Positions 11,524-25,600 of a DNA stretch of 64,000 bases are shown piece after piece. How positions within the stretch are numbered: the stretch's first letter is position 1; each line of letters opens with the position of its first letter. Source of the stretch: Blepharisma stoltei ATCC 30299 (lineage: Eukaryota; Protista; Ciliophora). The position numbers and the translations under genes were made by a program. Location of the stretch: positions 372,001-436,000 of the forward strand of contig CBFDEM010000046.1 in the NCBI GenBank assembly GCA_965603825.1, given 5' to 3'. The notes under the pieces were generated by a model. It searched no databases. It saw only the letters and a program-made list of their open reading frames with translations, and was not told where the DNA came from.

Positions 11524-12476
11524 ATAGTACCTAAATAACTTATAGTGCTAGCGCTTTGCATATTAATAATCAATTCCTTTAACATGCTGATGCTTGATCG
11601 CATTAGGTATTTGGAGATAAAATAACTTCGTAAGGAGAAGGCTAAAAAAATAGAGCATAAAGCCATATTTATGCAATATTTCTAACTGTCAGCCTAGTAA
11701 TTAATGGATAAATTATAAGATAAGTTGTTGCTCATGATTATAATTGAAAAATACAATTTTTTAAAAATTGCTAAAATTTAACTAATATAGATACATAATC
11801 TATAAATTTCTTGAAAATGTAGCGATGATATTTAATTATTTTATTATTAGGTCCACTTAAAGCCAAGTATCTTGATCAATATTCTTTCTTTCTAATGCTC
11901 CATAAGAGAAATTGCCAGAAAAGCTCTGAATTAGCAGATACTGAAGAATTGTGGATCTTCGTTGAAAATATCATTAAATACGAGTTAAATAAAAATGTTT
12001 TAAAATAAAAACTACTTATAATATTAATCATTCTTTTTAAAGGACAATTATAAGTTATAAATATGATTATTCCATCCAAATTTCATCTTAAATAATAATT
12101 AAACTAATGAAAATTAAAACAATATGTTGTGAAATGCGAGCTAGATGCTATTAAAGAGGCTAGAAGGGCTACTCTATTGTATATAAAAGTCTAAGTCCAC
12201 ATGCATCAACTGAAAGAATTGTCACTTATTTTTAATTTTACTCAACATTTAAATGTTTATTTCAGCATCAATATCCACAGTAATCAGAAGTAAACATTAG
12301 ATTTGCAAATAAACCTTATAAAATTCTATTAAAATTTGAATAATCTAAAATAAAAATATTATTATCGAAGAGTTCATTCCCTTCAAGTTTTATGCTCTTT
12401 AAATACTTTTCTCTTTAAATAATTTTATGTCATCAATTACTGGCTTGATTTATTTTTGGAAATCATTAAATAGATA

Positions 12477-15400
12477 ATGAATAAGGTTAAGAAGAATTTA
12501 GAAGATGGCCATCATCTTTTCTTAGGTAAAAGTGCATCACAAAAAATAGAGAAAGCCTGGAAGCACATTTGTTCATGCTTGTTAGAAATTTATGAGCCTC
12601 GATATGATAGAAAAGTACCAATGCGAACCCAATTGCTCATGGAAATTTTATTGAATTCTATAATGACTATACAATCGGTTTCTATGTTTTGATATCCTGA
12701 AATACCCCTTCGCAATTGAGAATCATACTCAACATTTTGAGAGTATCTTTCTTTTTTTAATTACGATAGCTTATGTGAGAAATTTGGAATATTTAATTAC
12801 TGCTTCCTCAGCCATGTTTTGGTTATTTCGTATTCATTTTTGATTGTGGTGACATATATTATCTTAAAATACCTTAGTATTAGCATACCAAAATTTTTTA
12901 TTTTTTCTTGTAGAAAAGTAATATCAATTTTATCATCTTTTGCGATGATTCCAACAGCTATAATATTTCTTGTAGTTTTCAAATATTCAACCTTTAGAAA
13001 TTATCATAAAGCGCAGGAATATTACGAAAACATCATCAGCGATTTTGATTATGGTATTCCAGGAACGATTTTTAGCTCGATCTGCTTTTGCATTTTAATT
13101 CTCCTTATCTTTGCAAATGAATTGTTTACAGCTGATCTTAAACACTATCGCTCTAAAAGAAATATAAAAGCAAGGTCAAATTCTTTATGGGATTTATATT
13201 GACTTATGTTTTGCATTATTCAATGAATAATGTTCGTTTTCACCGATAAAGCTTGAATCGTTTATTATTGAGTAGTCTTACTTTTAATTTCTTTATACTT
13301 ATCAAGCAGAATGTTTAGATATTTACATTACTATAATCCTATAGAAAATTCAATTCAAGCTTGCAAAATAAGCCAAATTTGCTGTTGCTTGGTTATATTT
13401 ATAATTGGCTATGCGAAAGATGATATAATGACGATTACATTATTATGCATTTTTTTACCACCACTAGTCAGTGTGTTTATAGCAGTCAGAATTCATAAAA
13501 AATATGCTAATCTTAAGGAGCAAAAGTATACATATAATCGATATAATTTTGAAAAGTCCATTAGACATTTATTAGTTGAAAAAAATCCTGCAAATCAAGG
13601 GCGAGTTCTTCAATTATTTTCCCAATGTGCCAATCAGAGAAACATGCTATCAAGTGGAATTTTAATCGTGTGAGAAGCGAATTTCTGCATTTGTGTAGCT
13701 AAAGATAGCAGACTTGGGAGAGTTAAATTGACCAAGTTATCCTTATCGAAATCAAGTATTGAGACGACCATACAAAAAAGCCGTATTTTAAAGAAATTAG
13801 AGAGGAAAAATGTGAGGGTTTTATCAGAAATAGAATATTTGGATTATTTGACAAAAATTACAAAAGTAAAAAGATATGACGAGGATATTTGCTATACGTT
13901 GCTAGATTTATGGAGCGAAATAGGCAGAAATAACCCAGGAATAATGAAGCTTCGGTATTTCACTGAAGAGGTTTTTTACCTTTGTTCAAAACTAAGGAAG
14001 CTATACAGCTCTCTTGCAGAGAAAAACAAATATCCTGAAGTCAACGAGCTCTATGGAATGTTTCTCATGAACATCCTTGGAGAATATGAAGAAGGAAATC
14101 TGATTCTCAAAAGAAAAAACCATATAAAGGAGTTTAATTCACTAGTGGAAAGCCATTCAAAACTCACAGATTATGGAGAAAATGTTGGTGCTGTGTTGAT
14201 ATCTTTGCATCCAGATTCTTTTGGAAAGATTTCTTATATTAATGAAAAAGCAGCAGTTTTATTAAAAGTTTCTTCAACTGACATAATTGGAGCTGATTTT
14301 AGTATTTTCATTCCGAAGCCTTTTTCATTCTCCCACAATGAAAAAATGAAGAATTGTTATAAATTCTGCATCAGTACAGTACTAGAAAAGCCGCACTCAT
14401 TGGTCTTGGCTGACCATAAGGGGTACTTATTTAAGTGTGAAATTCTAATTAAGCTTACTGCGTTTAAAGACAAGTCTTACTTTATGGTTTCTTTCATTCA
14501 AAAATTTACAAAGCGGCAAGCTATTCTGATATCAGAAGAAGGAGAAGTATATGGCCATACAATGCATTTGTTGCCTTTATTAGGGCTAGGCCAAGGAATT
14601 CTTTCAGGCTCTCATATTTCTTCTTTATTCCGCCGAATTGATTTGAAGTCTATGTTTTTATTTGAGCCTTATATAATTGAAGAAAATAATACAGAATTTG
14701 CTTTAGTCCATACCACTAAACTCATAAAGCAAACTGCTGTCCATCTAATTCTTGTAATTTATGATAAAAATGAAATTGAAATATGAAAAAGCAAGCAAGC
14801 AGATGAACAACTTGACCACTACAATGAAGCCTCCCCAATTCTGAGCACAACGGTAACCAGATCCTACGAAAGATTCAGCATAAACTTCACAAATCATACG
14901 AACAGCCAGACAACTTATCCTGATAGAGCCCTAACTACGAATTACCATGAAAAAACCTTTGACACAACTGACGACGCAAAATCTACCACTCAGGCTCTCT
15001 CTTATTCACAATCATTTTTATCCCGTATTTTTTATATAGAAGCAACTTTTCGGTTCAATAAAAGAACCCATGCATCAATAATAAGGTTTCAATGGATCTT
15101 GCTCTTTGCTATTGTTTCTATGATTGGCACTAATTCTGGGATTTTAGTATATATCATTGCAGAGGTAACACATACCAATTCATTGAATATATTTAATCAC
15201 ATTGGACAGATCATGTTTCATGTTGGAAGTGCAGCTGATGTGGTGAGATCAATTGATTTGGAAATTAGCGAAGGCAAGTATAATCTGACAAGGGATTTAG
15301 GACTATTAAACCAATCAGCTAACGGTCTATTGAGTTTACAAATTGAGGTACTTAACGATACTGAAAAATGAAGCAGCTGCTCAAATACAGAGATGTTTAA

Positions 15401-16697
15401 AGAAAGTGTGATCCCAATATGAAGTTTTGATAATGTCCAGCCTGAATTGCAGTACTATAATTTATATGATATGATCACCATTTTTGTAAAATATGTACTT
15501 TCTATTTAGATGCAACATTTGTATAAAAATGCCTATACAAAAGAAGGATATAAAGAAGATATAAAATGGCTGATCATTAATAGCCTAACTTTTCCATATG
15601 GTTATATAAATTTGCTCTTGTCTAGCATTGTAGACTGCGAAAAAGGTAGAGTTAACGACACGAGTACAACAATTAATATCTTACTGTTTATGGGAATGCT
15701 TATTCTTGGAGTCTGTTTAACAGCTCTTATATATTTTACAGTATGTTTAAAAATTGTATATGAAAAATTTTGGGATTCTCTGAAGAAATCGGTTATTTCT
15801 GCTTATATTGCTCTAAAGCAAACAGCAATGGATAGATTGTCATCAGTTCATGGAATTGAGCTGAGCCAAGATGACAGTATGACATTAAAAAATATCAATT
15901 CAACGACCTTTCACATCCAGACTACACTTACCTGGAAATTCAGTTGAAGATTAAGCTTTTTCGGCGCAATTTCCTTATCTTTTTATCTCTTAATAATGCT
16001 TTACTTCTACAAAACCTGCCAAACCTATATGATCAACCGTCCAAAGCTGTTGCAAAATTTTAATACAAGACGTTCCTTATTATCCAGAATCGGCTTGTAT
16101 GCGAGAGATATTAATAATCCTGTAAACAAAGAAATTTACCCAGATTCCTATAGTTTTTCGAACTCATCAATTGAACTTCAAGATTTAATATCCCAATATG
16201 ACACTGAGTACAAACAAATGCGATCCAATAATTTATTAGACTTGTATTCAGATGATCTAAAAGCCCGGCTGTTTGAAGATCTCGACACATCAGCCGACAT
16301 TATGAAATACGGAACTGCTGCAGCTGCAAGCGCAGTCATTTTTGACGCTTATTATATCGGTGGGACTGGTGGAATCAAGACTGAAAAAGAAATTTCTGAT
16401 TTCATTTCGAATTTTACTGCTCTTCAAGAGGCGATGGCTCTGAGTTTTACAAAGGTCGATCAATGCTCTAAAGATGTGATTTCAGCACAGCTAGATTTAA
16501 TTATTGATATTACTGTAGCCTTTTCAGTTGGGCTGCTTTTGCTTTATTTTTGTTATTATTTGCCATTTTTGAAGAAACAAATTAATTTCTTAACGAAAAC
16601 AAAAATTCTGCCGAAAATGATACCGATTTTGATTACTGAAAAAAGATTTGAGGATTTTCCTAAGAAAAGCAACCTTAGTAAGCCTGGATTATATTAA
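12477..16697 (+). CDS. P1: multi-pass membrane PAS-domain protein (TmcB/TmcC-like), ~1396 aa; introns 15025..15039 and 15495..15509
   Basis: All ORF pieces share one frame with TGA=Trp. N-terminal TM bundle, helical region, PAS (YINEKAA.LLKV...IIG.DF..FIPKPFSFSHN), second PAS-like repeat, 4 C-terminal TMs, ends YYLPF...ILPKMIP. Confidence 0.88.
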
Positions 16698-16719
16698 TAG
16701 ATTTAAATAATTCTTTTTA

Positions 16720-19700
16720 TTATTTTATAGTTGTTATTTGAAAGCTTGCCTCTTGGTAATGCTTTGGTGATTTTTCTGATTTTATACTAGGTGGTATGAT
16801 TGAAATTATCACCTGAAGTTTTGATAGCCTTTCCATTTCATATTCGATATATGGAAGATAATATAAAAAATACAAGATAATTATCGTGAGAACATAAGCA
16901 ACAGCAGCATATAGGATAAAATTTGATTTTTCTAAAATCATATTTTGTGAGGTTTGATCAATAACTTCATAAATCTTAGTCATTAATTGCTGTAATTGGG
17001 TCAGGCTGTTGGTTAAATTTTGAGATGCTTCAAAAAAGTTCTCTTTATCATATTGGAGATCCCAAGCGTCATAAAAAAGTAAATTCGTATATCAAAATGT
17101 GCCATATTTGAATCCTGGAGTCGATGTGTTTTTATATTCAAATAGATTTGACTTGACAATCGAAGACATATATTGCATCCTTTGGAGCAATTGTTTATTT
17201 AAATAATAGAAAGAGCTCAGAGTTTTATCAAGTTCTTCTTCTGGATTTGAGAAAAAATAAGGGTTAAGAGTCCAAAACTCTTTACCAAACCTTTGAAGGC
17301 CTGCCTCTCTTGCCCAAAACCCAATAGCAGGAGTAAGAGCTCTTCTGGATATGTAGGTTGCTAGGAGCTCAGGCCGTTCAATTAGGTATTTTTCACATGT
17401 TGGGTATATATATACATGCACACATACATAATAAACAATAGTAATCGAAAAAAGAATCAAGAGACGCAGGATATACCTCGAAGAAACCGTAAAGTTGACT
17501 TTTTTACCCTTGCTAATATTTTTTTGCACTGCATCCTGGTATTCTTGATTGAAATTGACACCGTGAACTGATGATAGCCTGTCAATACACAAAGCAACTA
17601 AATCAAAATACGTTACAGTTGCTGCTTGAATGATAAAATTTCACAATAAATTATATCTTTTGCTTATTAAATATACTATCATAATAAGCACAATGATGCA
17701 GGTTCCTGCAAGAGCCGACTCAATGATTACAAGAAGCTTGACAGTAAAATTTAATTTGTAAATTTGATTTTTTTCACAATCAATTAGCCCATAAAGAGAT
17801 GAATTTACCTGCTTAAAAGTCTCGCCAAAACCATTTGAGATCAAGAACTGCAAGCTATCCACGTAATCCTCAGGACGATTTAAATTATAAATTAAATTTT
17901 CAGACTAAATATTGATTACATTTTCAACAAATAGATCAATTTCATCATGCAAATTCTTATAAAACACTTTTGGAGTATTCAAAAAATCCCAGGTCGATAG
18001 GAAGCTAGTTTTAACGATTTTTGAGCTGTCGCAGTAGCTTCATGAGTAATAGTTGTTCAATAAATTATTTTGATGTGTAAGAAAATTTGATTTTGAGGCT
18101 TGTAATAATTCAATATAAGTATTGATTTCAGCTTTATCATATTTTGCACAGAAATCAATAGTCCTGGCATACTGTGCAGATGCTATCATATTATACATAA
18201 TAACTCCTAGATCATTGATGGTTTCAGCAGTTTTTGTGTGATTTACAGATTTTGAAATATATATTGATATAGCTATGTTAGAAGCTGAAATTGATAAAAT
18301 CTATATAAAGTATACTGATAAAAATAATACCAATTTGAATAATTTTAAAGATTTTTGGCAATTTAATATAATGCGTGCTCCCTTATCTAAATAGTGATTA
18401 CGATTATTATCACGAGAGGAAACACTATAAGTAGCTGAGCTTAGAGTTTTTTCAAGAAAATTTGAGTTAATTTCATTACTTTTTATTATGTCAATAATTG
18501 TACTATCAGCTTCTGATGCATTTTCATCAAGAGTTGATAAATTCCGATTCGTCTGTCTCAGTAACTCATGTTTATCTGATTCTATAGATAAAAATTTAGA
18601 ATATCTTTTTATATCAAAATTATTTTCACTAGTAGTTAATATTGGCGGTTGCTCAGTATATTTTATTTGTTCATAAGCTTCCCCTTTAGTCCATGCATTT
18701 ATTTCATAAAAATCTTGCACCAGAAGAATATATGGTATTTCTGTTGACTTAAAGTCTTTTTTGCAATAAATAACTGCAATTACTTTTTCTTTCCGTTGAA
18801 TTAGTTTTGGCTTAAACAAGACCATTTTCGAAAAAACAATTTCAGGGATTACATTGTCTATATATTTATATATAAGGCATGAGCTTTCTATATTCAAAAG
18901 GCGATGAAAATCTTGTGAATGATTATATATCATTCCTTCCTTTGAAATTAAAGCAGCTTCTCTATTTTTGGTGCATGCCATCATAGAGACCATATAGTAT
19001 AGACTCTCATCAAGGGCTGTTAATCTGATTAAAAATTTGACTTCACTTAAATATCCATTATGGTCTCTAATAAATAGTGTATCTCTTTTGCCTAGTTGTG
19101 GCTCTGTACATGTATCTACAAATCTTTTCATAGTTTCTGCATGAAATTCATTATATGGTTCTGGTATATACTGGTCTATTTTATTTCCTACCATATTATC
19201 AACAGTATCTTTCAGAAGTTGAGCTGCAATCTCATTAGCATATATAATTATCCCAAAATTCCGTTTTTGAGCAGAAATCACCATATTCCCAGAATATTCC
19301 TCGAATTTTGTAATAACATTTTCATGCATCATTATTTCTTCTTCGCTTTTTAATTGGTAAACCTTATGCAACAAATTTGCTCCTTCATTGAATTCCTGGA
19401 AAATATTTTGTAGAAGGCCTCCATATAGCTCATAAACATGTGCATGATTTGTATGAAGCATTTTCTTATATCGATCTTCAACTTTTCTAATTTCGCAATA
19501 GACTTCATTTGATAAATTTTCTAGTTTATTTAGGCTTGATCTCTTTGAGGAAATTTCATATCAAAACTCTAGTAAATATCTGCATAAAAACTCATCTTCG
19601 CTCTTTGCCACTTCTAAATCAATTAAATAGACTAAAAAATTATTTGCTATTTGATCTGTTCCTGGATGCTTTTTCATCCATTCTTGGATCCTTAAAGCTT

Positions 19701-21000
19701 GTATTTCTCCCTCAATGCTTGGTAATACACTTCCCATTCGGGCATACTTTATTTTTGCAAGTCTGATATCATTCAATGTATGTAAAAAATAATATACTTC
19801 TCATGCCACCAATAATTTGTCGCGTCTGAACATGGGAGTATTATAGATTTCTGCGAATTTGTTTATGATATTACCACTGTGAGTAGTTGAAGGATCCATT
19901 AGAAACTTACGAATTTGGAGCTCAAAGGCATGTTGATCCAAGGAAACTTGGCTTTCCTTTGAATTTTCAACTAAAATTAAAATTTTACGGAAAATAAGTA
20001 TCCCAGCTGCAGGTATTATACAAATACTAAAAATAAAAGTTATTCCAGCATTATCCATTGCGATCCCAATAAGAAAGCTGAAGGAAAATCCAGATAAAAT
20101 CAAGAGCTGAGTGATTCTTATAGCGTTAAGTATCGGATTGAAATATGAGTTGAATTTAAAGGTGAGATAAGAAAACATAAGAGATAGCACGAAAACGAAC
20201 CAAATATGCCATATAAAATGATCATACCCATAAAAGACATATATAAATACTACTATAAATTTGCTGAATAATTGGGCTATGTCTAAATTTGAGTCTGACC
20301 TTGCTTTTATATTAAAATTTGAAAAAGAGTGCCGAACATCTGCAGTGAATAATTCGTAAATAACAGTTAGTAAAAAAAGTAATATTGCTGAAGAAATGCC
20401 TAAAATCGATCCAAATGCTCCTAATGGAAAATTGTTCTTTGACAGTGATGAATATAGTGTACCATCAGGATCAACTAAATATGAGTACTTGGCAGTTACC
20501 AATAAAATCATAAGAGAAGGAATATAGCCAACAGAAAATAAAAATCCAAAAAGAAAACTTGGAAGCTTTATAAAAGCTTTCGGTATTTTTCATGACCGAA
20601 ATATAAGGGTACTGATTATACTAATGTAAATTAAACTAGTTCACAGAAATGTAACTATAACCAAAAAAGCTGGAAAATAGAGGCGAGAATCAGAAATTCA
20701 TGAATCAAAGCTGAAATATCCAAAAAGCTGTCAGTAAATGCCAAATTTTTTTCAAAGTCTGATGTTCATCGTAGGATACCAAAGTAGTGTGACAATTTGT
20801 ATAACATTTAGTGAATTTATGATCACTTCCATCGCAATTTGGGTGGCTTTTTTGGTTTTTATGTTATACTTTGATTTGAAAAAAATCTGCAGAGATTGAA
20901 TCATGTAATTTTTTGCTTGTTTTAGTCAATCTTCCTTTCTTGAATCAAGGTATTTTAAGGAAAAAGAGTCCTTATCAAATTTTTCACTGTTTAAAACCAT
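16720..21000 (-). CDS. P2: divergent, inverted member of the PAS membrane family, ~1411 aa; introns 18387..18401, 18301..18315, 17905..17919
   Basis: ATG at 21000 (MVLNSEKF...LLWYP); all minus-strand ORF pieces are in one frame. Same motifs as P1 (ELFTADVRHS..NIKARS, YIPEPYNEFH, DRLSSVHG, YYLPY). Confidence 0.88.
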
Positions 21001-21789
21001 TTATCACTTAATTTTTATTTTTGACTATAGAAAGAGATTATGACAACAATATTCTTTTCCATAGATTTTTAAAGGATTTTTTTTTTATCATTTAAACCCA
21101 CGCTCCATTCTAGTATTATATAAATATTTAATTATTCTTTTGGGCACAATAAGCATCAACTTTTTTCTGTTATTATACTTTTTTAAAGTATATTATATGG
21201 CTTTTATAATAAAATCTGCTATTACAGAAGCTTTTTAATAATTTACGAAAGTTTCAAACAAACAAGAAAACAATTCCTTTAAATTAGAAAATTATTAAGC
21301 AGTTGCGAATTTTATCTTAATTATTAAAATCTAGAGGAATTGCCTTATTACACTTAGTCAATTCTTCAAGTTAATTTATTTTTTATTTATGAAGATTATT
21401 TTATAAGCTATTCTGTAAGGATAATGCATCCAGAGAAGTTGTATATTGAATTATAAAAATCCTTTTCAGCAATATTAATACTTAAAAAGCCAAATTCTAT
21501 AATCGTCCATAAACTGTGTCTAGAATTATTCTTAAAATTAAATCATTTCATTTACAATAGGGAATACTTTTTTCAATATGATTTTAAGGCCTTATTAAGT
21601 GTTAATGCATATTGCAAATCATATATAGCTTAGGGTCTGATTTTGATCTTCCAGGCTTAACTATCAGTTTTTGCTTAGTATTAAAGTTTTATCAATAAAA
21701 ACAATATAAAAAATTTTCAATTCAAATTCTTTAATGGCAAATCTATATAATTTCTTATTCACACTAAAATAAAAATATTCCTAGCTTTT

Positions 21790-21905
21790 ATTATAGAACT
21801 TATGAATTCTGATCTCAGACACTCAGCAGGTCATAAAAATTTTAAAAGCAAGGTCTAATTCATTGTGAGATTTGCTCTGCATATTATTTTTTATTGTTCA
21901 GTGCT
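21790..21905 (+). pseudogene. Short remnant of a PAS-family gene
   Basis: Reads IIELMNSDLRHSAGHKN / KARSNSLWDLLCILFFIVQC with a frameshift, matching P4 ~26870-26980. Confidence 0.75.
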
Positions 21906-22903
21906 TAGCAGCTAGACTAATAGCGAGCATCCAATAGCAATAAACGAAGGTGTTTTTGGCAAAAGATTGCACATCAAAATTTTAGTGTGTAATTTAAGTA
22001 TAAAGCATGTACTAGTAAATTATATTTCATATTAAAATAAGCAAATTTTAATGAAAACACAAAACCATTAAAAAATGTGGCGCCACAAAATAAATTCTGT
22101 TAAGAATTGCAGTTATTTTTCCCTATAAAAATTGAAATTTACTTGCCAGCTATTTTCAACTATTAAGCTTAGTTTTAGCGAACCAACATATTTGGCATCC
22201 AAAAAAAATATATTATCAAAAATAATTTAACTTTTACAAGAAAAAAATATTCTTAACAAGCATTCAATATACAAAAATCGCAGAATTCTAGAGCACCGAT
22301 GGATTTATATCATAATTAAGTATCATAATCCCGCTCTGCAAATATGTGCAACAGTTGAACATTAGTCTATTAGATAATGTATAAACGAAAATATCCCTCT
22401 CTGTAGAATTAGTTTATTAATCTTTGCATCACTTTTTCAAGTATTTTCTTATGCTTCTGATTCATTCACCAGCTAAGCCAAATTAAAGTGCTACGATTTA
22501 TCATTTACTTCAAAATAGCAAACCATAGCTTAGGAAATATGCTCTGGGAAAAAATATAAACCGCATGTGCTATTCAGCATCATAGATTATAAACTTGTTC
22601 TATTAGCTATGTGATTGCGCAATTCTAGTTAATCTCCTATCAATTTTTCATTAGCAGGGGACCTGGCATGGTGAATTAAGTATAGAGTTCACAAAAAATC
22701 TAGGGATAAAACAAAAAGCTTAACAGCTAAATTTCTAAAACTTAATATAAATACAAAAATTTTGCCTTTAAAAAAAAGCTAAAAAATAGATAAAATTTTG
22801 AGACTTTAAACATAAAAACTTGTTTATTACTGGAAACATATGTTTTATTTTTTATTCTAATTTTCTGGTAGACTTAGACATAATACTCTATATAAAAATC
22901 TTA

Positions 22904-25600
22904 ATGATAGCAGGAACTGAAAACTTTGATATCGATGACTATCAATCACTCGTGCACAAAGAACAGTCTGGCATATTTAAAAGGTTACAGAAGTTTTTAT
23001 TAGTTCATTTTATTGAAATCTTTGAGCCTGAGCTCAATGCTCAAATCTCTTATAGGAAGCAAATAACTCTCGAGATGATTTCAACAATAATTATTACCAT
23101 TCAGGTAATATCGCTTTTTTGGTATCCTGGCATGCCACTCCGTCATTGGAGCTCATATTCAATGTTTTGAGATTTTCTCAGTTATTTTTCTATTTGCATA
23201 GACTTACAAAGTATGGCTTTCTTAAAGAAAACTTTGAAGCGTATATACAAAGGTTAAGAATTTTAAAGAAATTTGAAGAAAGCACATGTGAATTGCCAGA
23301 AATTAAATATTTACACAACTTGCTAGATTTAGATGAGGCTAAAAAATCTGATGCAGAATTTTGTTTGCTTTTATTAGATTTCTGGGCTGAAATTGCGAGA
23401 AAAGATCCAAGAATAAGCAAACTAAAACATTTTGATAAAAGAATTTATGATCTTACTAATAAAACCAAGACGCTATATTACTCACTTTCACTTTCACAAG
23501 AAACTAGGAATTATGAGGTTTTTGACTTATATGGATTATTTTTGATTAATATTCTTGGAGAAGTCGAAGAAGGAAATATTATGCTTGGAAAGAAACTAAA
23601 CATAAAGAACTATGAGTCTTCAATAGAACTTCAAAATTTTAAAAATTATGATGAAAAATATGGAACTATCTTAATATCAACAGAGATCGGCGCATTAGGG
23701 ACTATTGCATATATGAATGAAAGAGCTGCAATAATGCTCAAAGTATCTTCTGCTGAAATGATTAGGCGAGATTTTAACCAGTTTATACCCAAACCGTTTT
23801 CTTTAAATCACAATCACTAAAGGCTCAATTATTATAAATCATGCACAAGCACGGAGCTAGAAAATTTTCATGCATCCTTTCTTCAGAACCGAAATGAGCA
23901 TATCTTTGAATGCAACGCTCTAATTAAGCTTACAACATTTAAAATAAAGCCTACTTCATGGTTACTTTTACCCAAAAAAAAACAGCAAGACAAATAATTT
24001 CCATATCAGATGAAGGACAAATCAGCAGCCACTCTTCACAATTAGCAGCCACAATAGGTTTAGAAAGAAAGAATTGCACAGGCATGAATATATCTGATAT
24101 AATTAGCTATGATTGGGACTAATATCGGAGTAATAGTTTATGTTATAGAAGAGGTAACACATACAAACTCTTTGAATGTTTTTAGCCATCTTGGTCAAAT
24201 TATGTTTTATATTGGGTCAACAGCAAATATAGTGAGATCGATTAATATAGAAATTGAGCAAGAGATATATAACCTTACAAGAGATTCTGGCTACTACAGC
24301 CAAAATATCGATGACCTTTCGGTTTTACAGCAAACTCTATTGAGTGGCAAATCGCAGTGAAATCATTGTCCAAGCTCTGCAATTGTAACAGAAAATATCA
24401 TTCCTCTATGGGAGTTTGACATGGGAAAGCCATATTTGAAAAAGTATAATCTTTATGATACAATTACAAATTTTATTATACATGTAAAAAATATTTAGGG
24501 TCAATCTTTATTGAAATATGCTAAACAAAAGAAATCGGATATATATATGAATCGAAATGGCTTATGATAAACAGTGTAGGATATTAATAAGCCAATCATT
24601 ATCTGACTTAGTTGAGTGTGAAATAGACAGAGTATATGATTCAAGCTTAATCATTACTTTTTTGATGTGGACTGGGGTGATTATCCTTGGTCTCTGCTTA
24701 GCGATACTTATATACTTCATAACTAAATTGAAAGATGCATATGAAAACTTTTGAAAATTCATCAAAAAATCTGTCATTTCAAGCTATACTCTTCTTAGCC
24801 AAGCTGCTTATGATAGGCTTAGATGAACCCACGGAATTAAGATAAGCAAGAAAAGATATTCCAACCACCAGAAACACAAAGCTATTATATAAAAACAAAC
24901 ATTACTTGAAAATTCAGTTGGAGATTGGCATTTTTTCTAATTATTTCAATAGCTTTTTATTTTTTGATGATCTTTTATCTCTATGGAGCATGTGAAATAC
25001 ATATGATAAATCGACCTAAATTATTACAAAACTTTAATATAAGGAGAACTTTACTTGCAAGAATTGGATAGGCCAGCAAATAAAGCATTTTATCCAGAAT
25101 CTTGTAGTCTTCCTGATCCATATATTGAGCTTCAAAAATCAGTTTTTTGATACTGGGATGAGTTCAGAAGTTTACACTCAAAAAGCCTTCACGATTTATT
25201 GTCTACCTCAATAAATAAGCGAATTTTTGAAGAAACTGATTCACCATATAACCTTATGAAATTCGGGACTGCTGCTGCGGCAAATTCAGTTATTTTCGAT
25301 GCATTTTATATGGGAGTGCACGAGTTTCGTTCACTAACAGAAAAAGATAATTTCATAACAAATTTTACAGTTCTGCAAGAAGCTATGCATAAGAGCTTCG
25401 ATATGACAGATTCAAGTTCAAAAGAAATCATTTTTTCACAATTAAATACAATTATTGATATCACTCTCGCATTCTCAATTGGGCTTGCCTTACTTTATTT
25501 CCTTTACTATTTGCCTTTTATGAAAGCTCAGTTGAGGTATTTAGAAAAAGCAAGTATTTTACCGAAGATGATTCCTGAAAATAGAAATCAAAATTTCTAG
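22904..25600 (+). pseudogene. P3: internally deleted, frameshifted paralogue closest to P4; retains intron 24484..24498
   Basis: Jumps from the N-terminal WYP..WSSYS segment to the post-TM region at ~23190 (~1 kb missing versus P4). In-frame TAA at 23818-23820. A second jump at ~24103 (~0.5 kb missing) and further frameshifts. Confidence 0.88.

Noticed and set aside
22820-22903. TTG-initiated N-terminal extension of P3
   Set aside because: AT-rich spacer; ATG 22904 matches the start position of paralogue P4.
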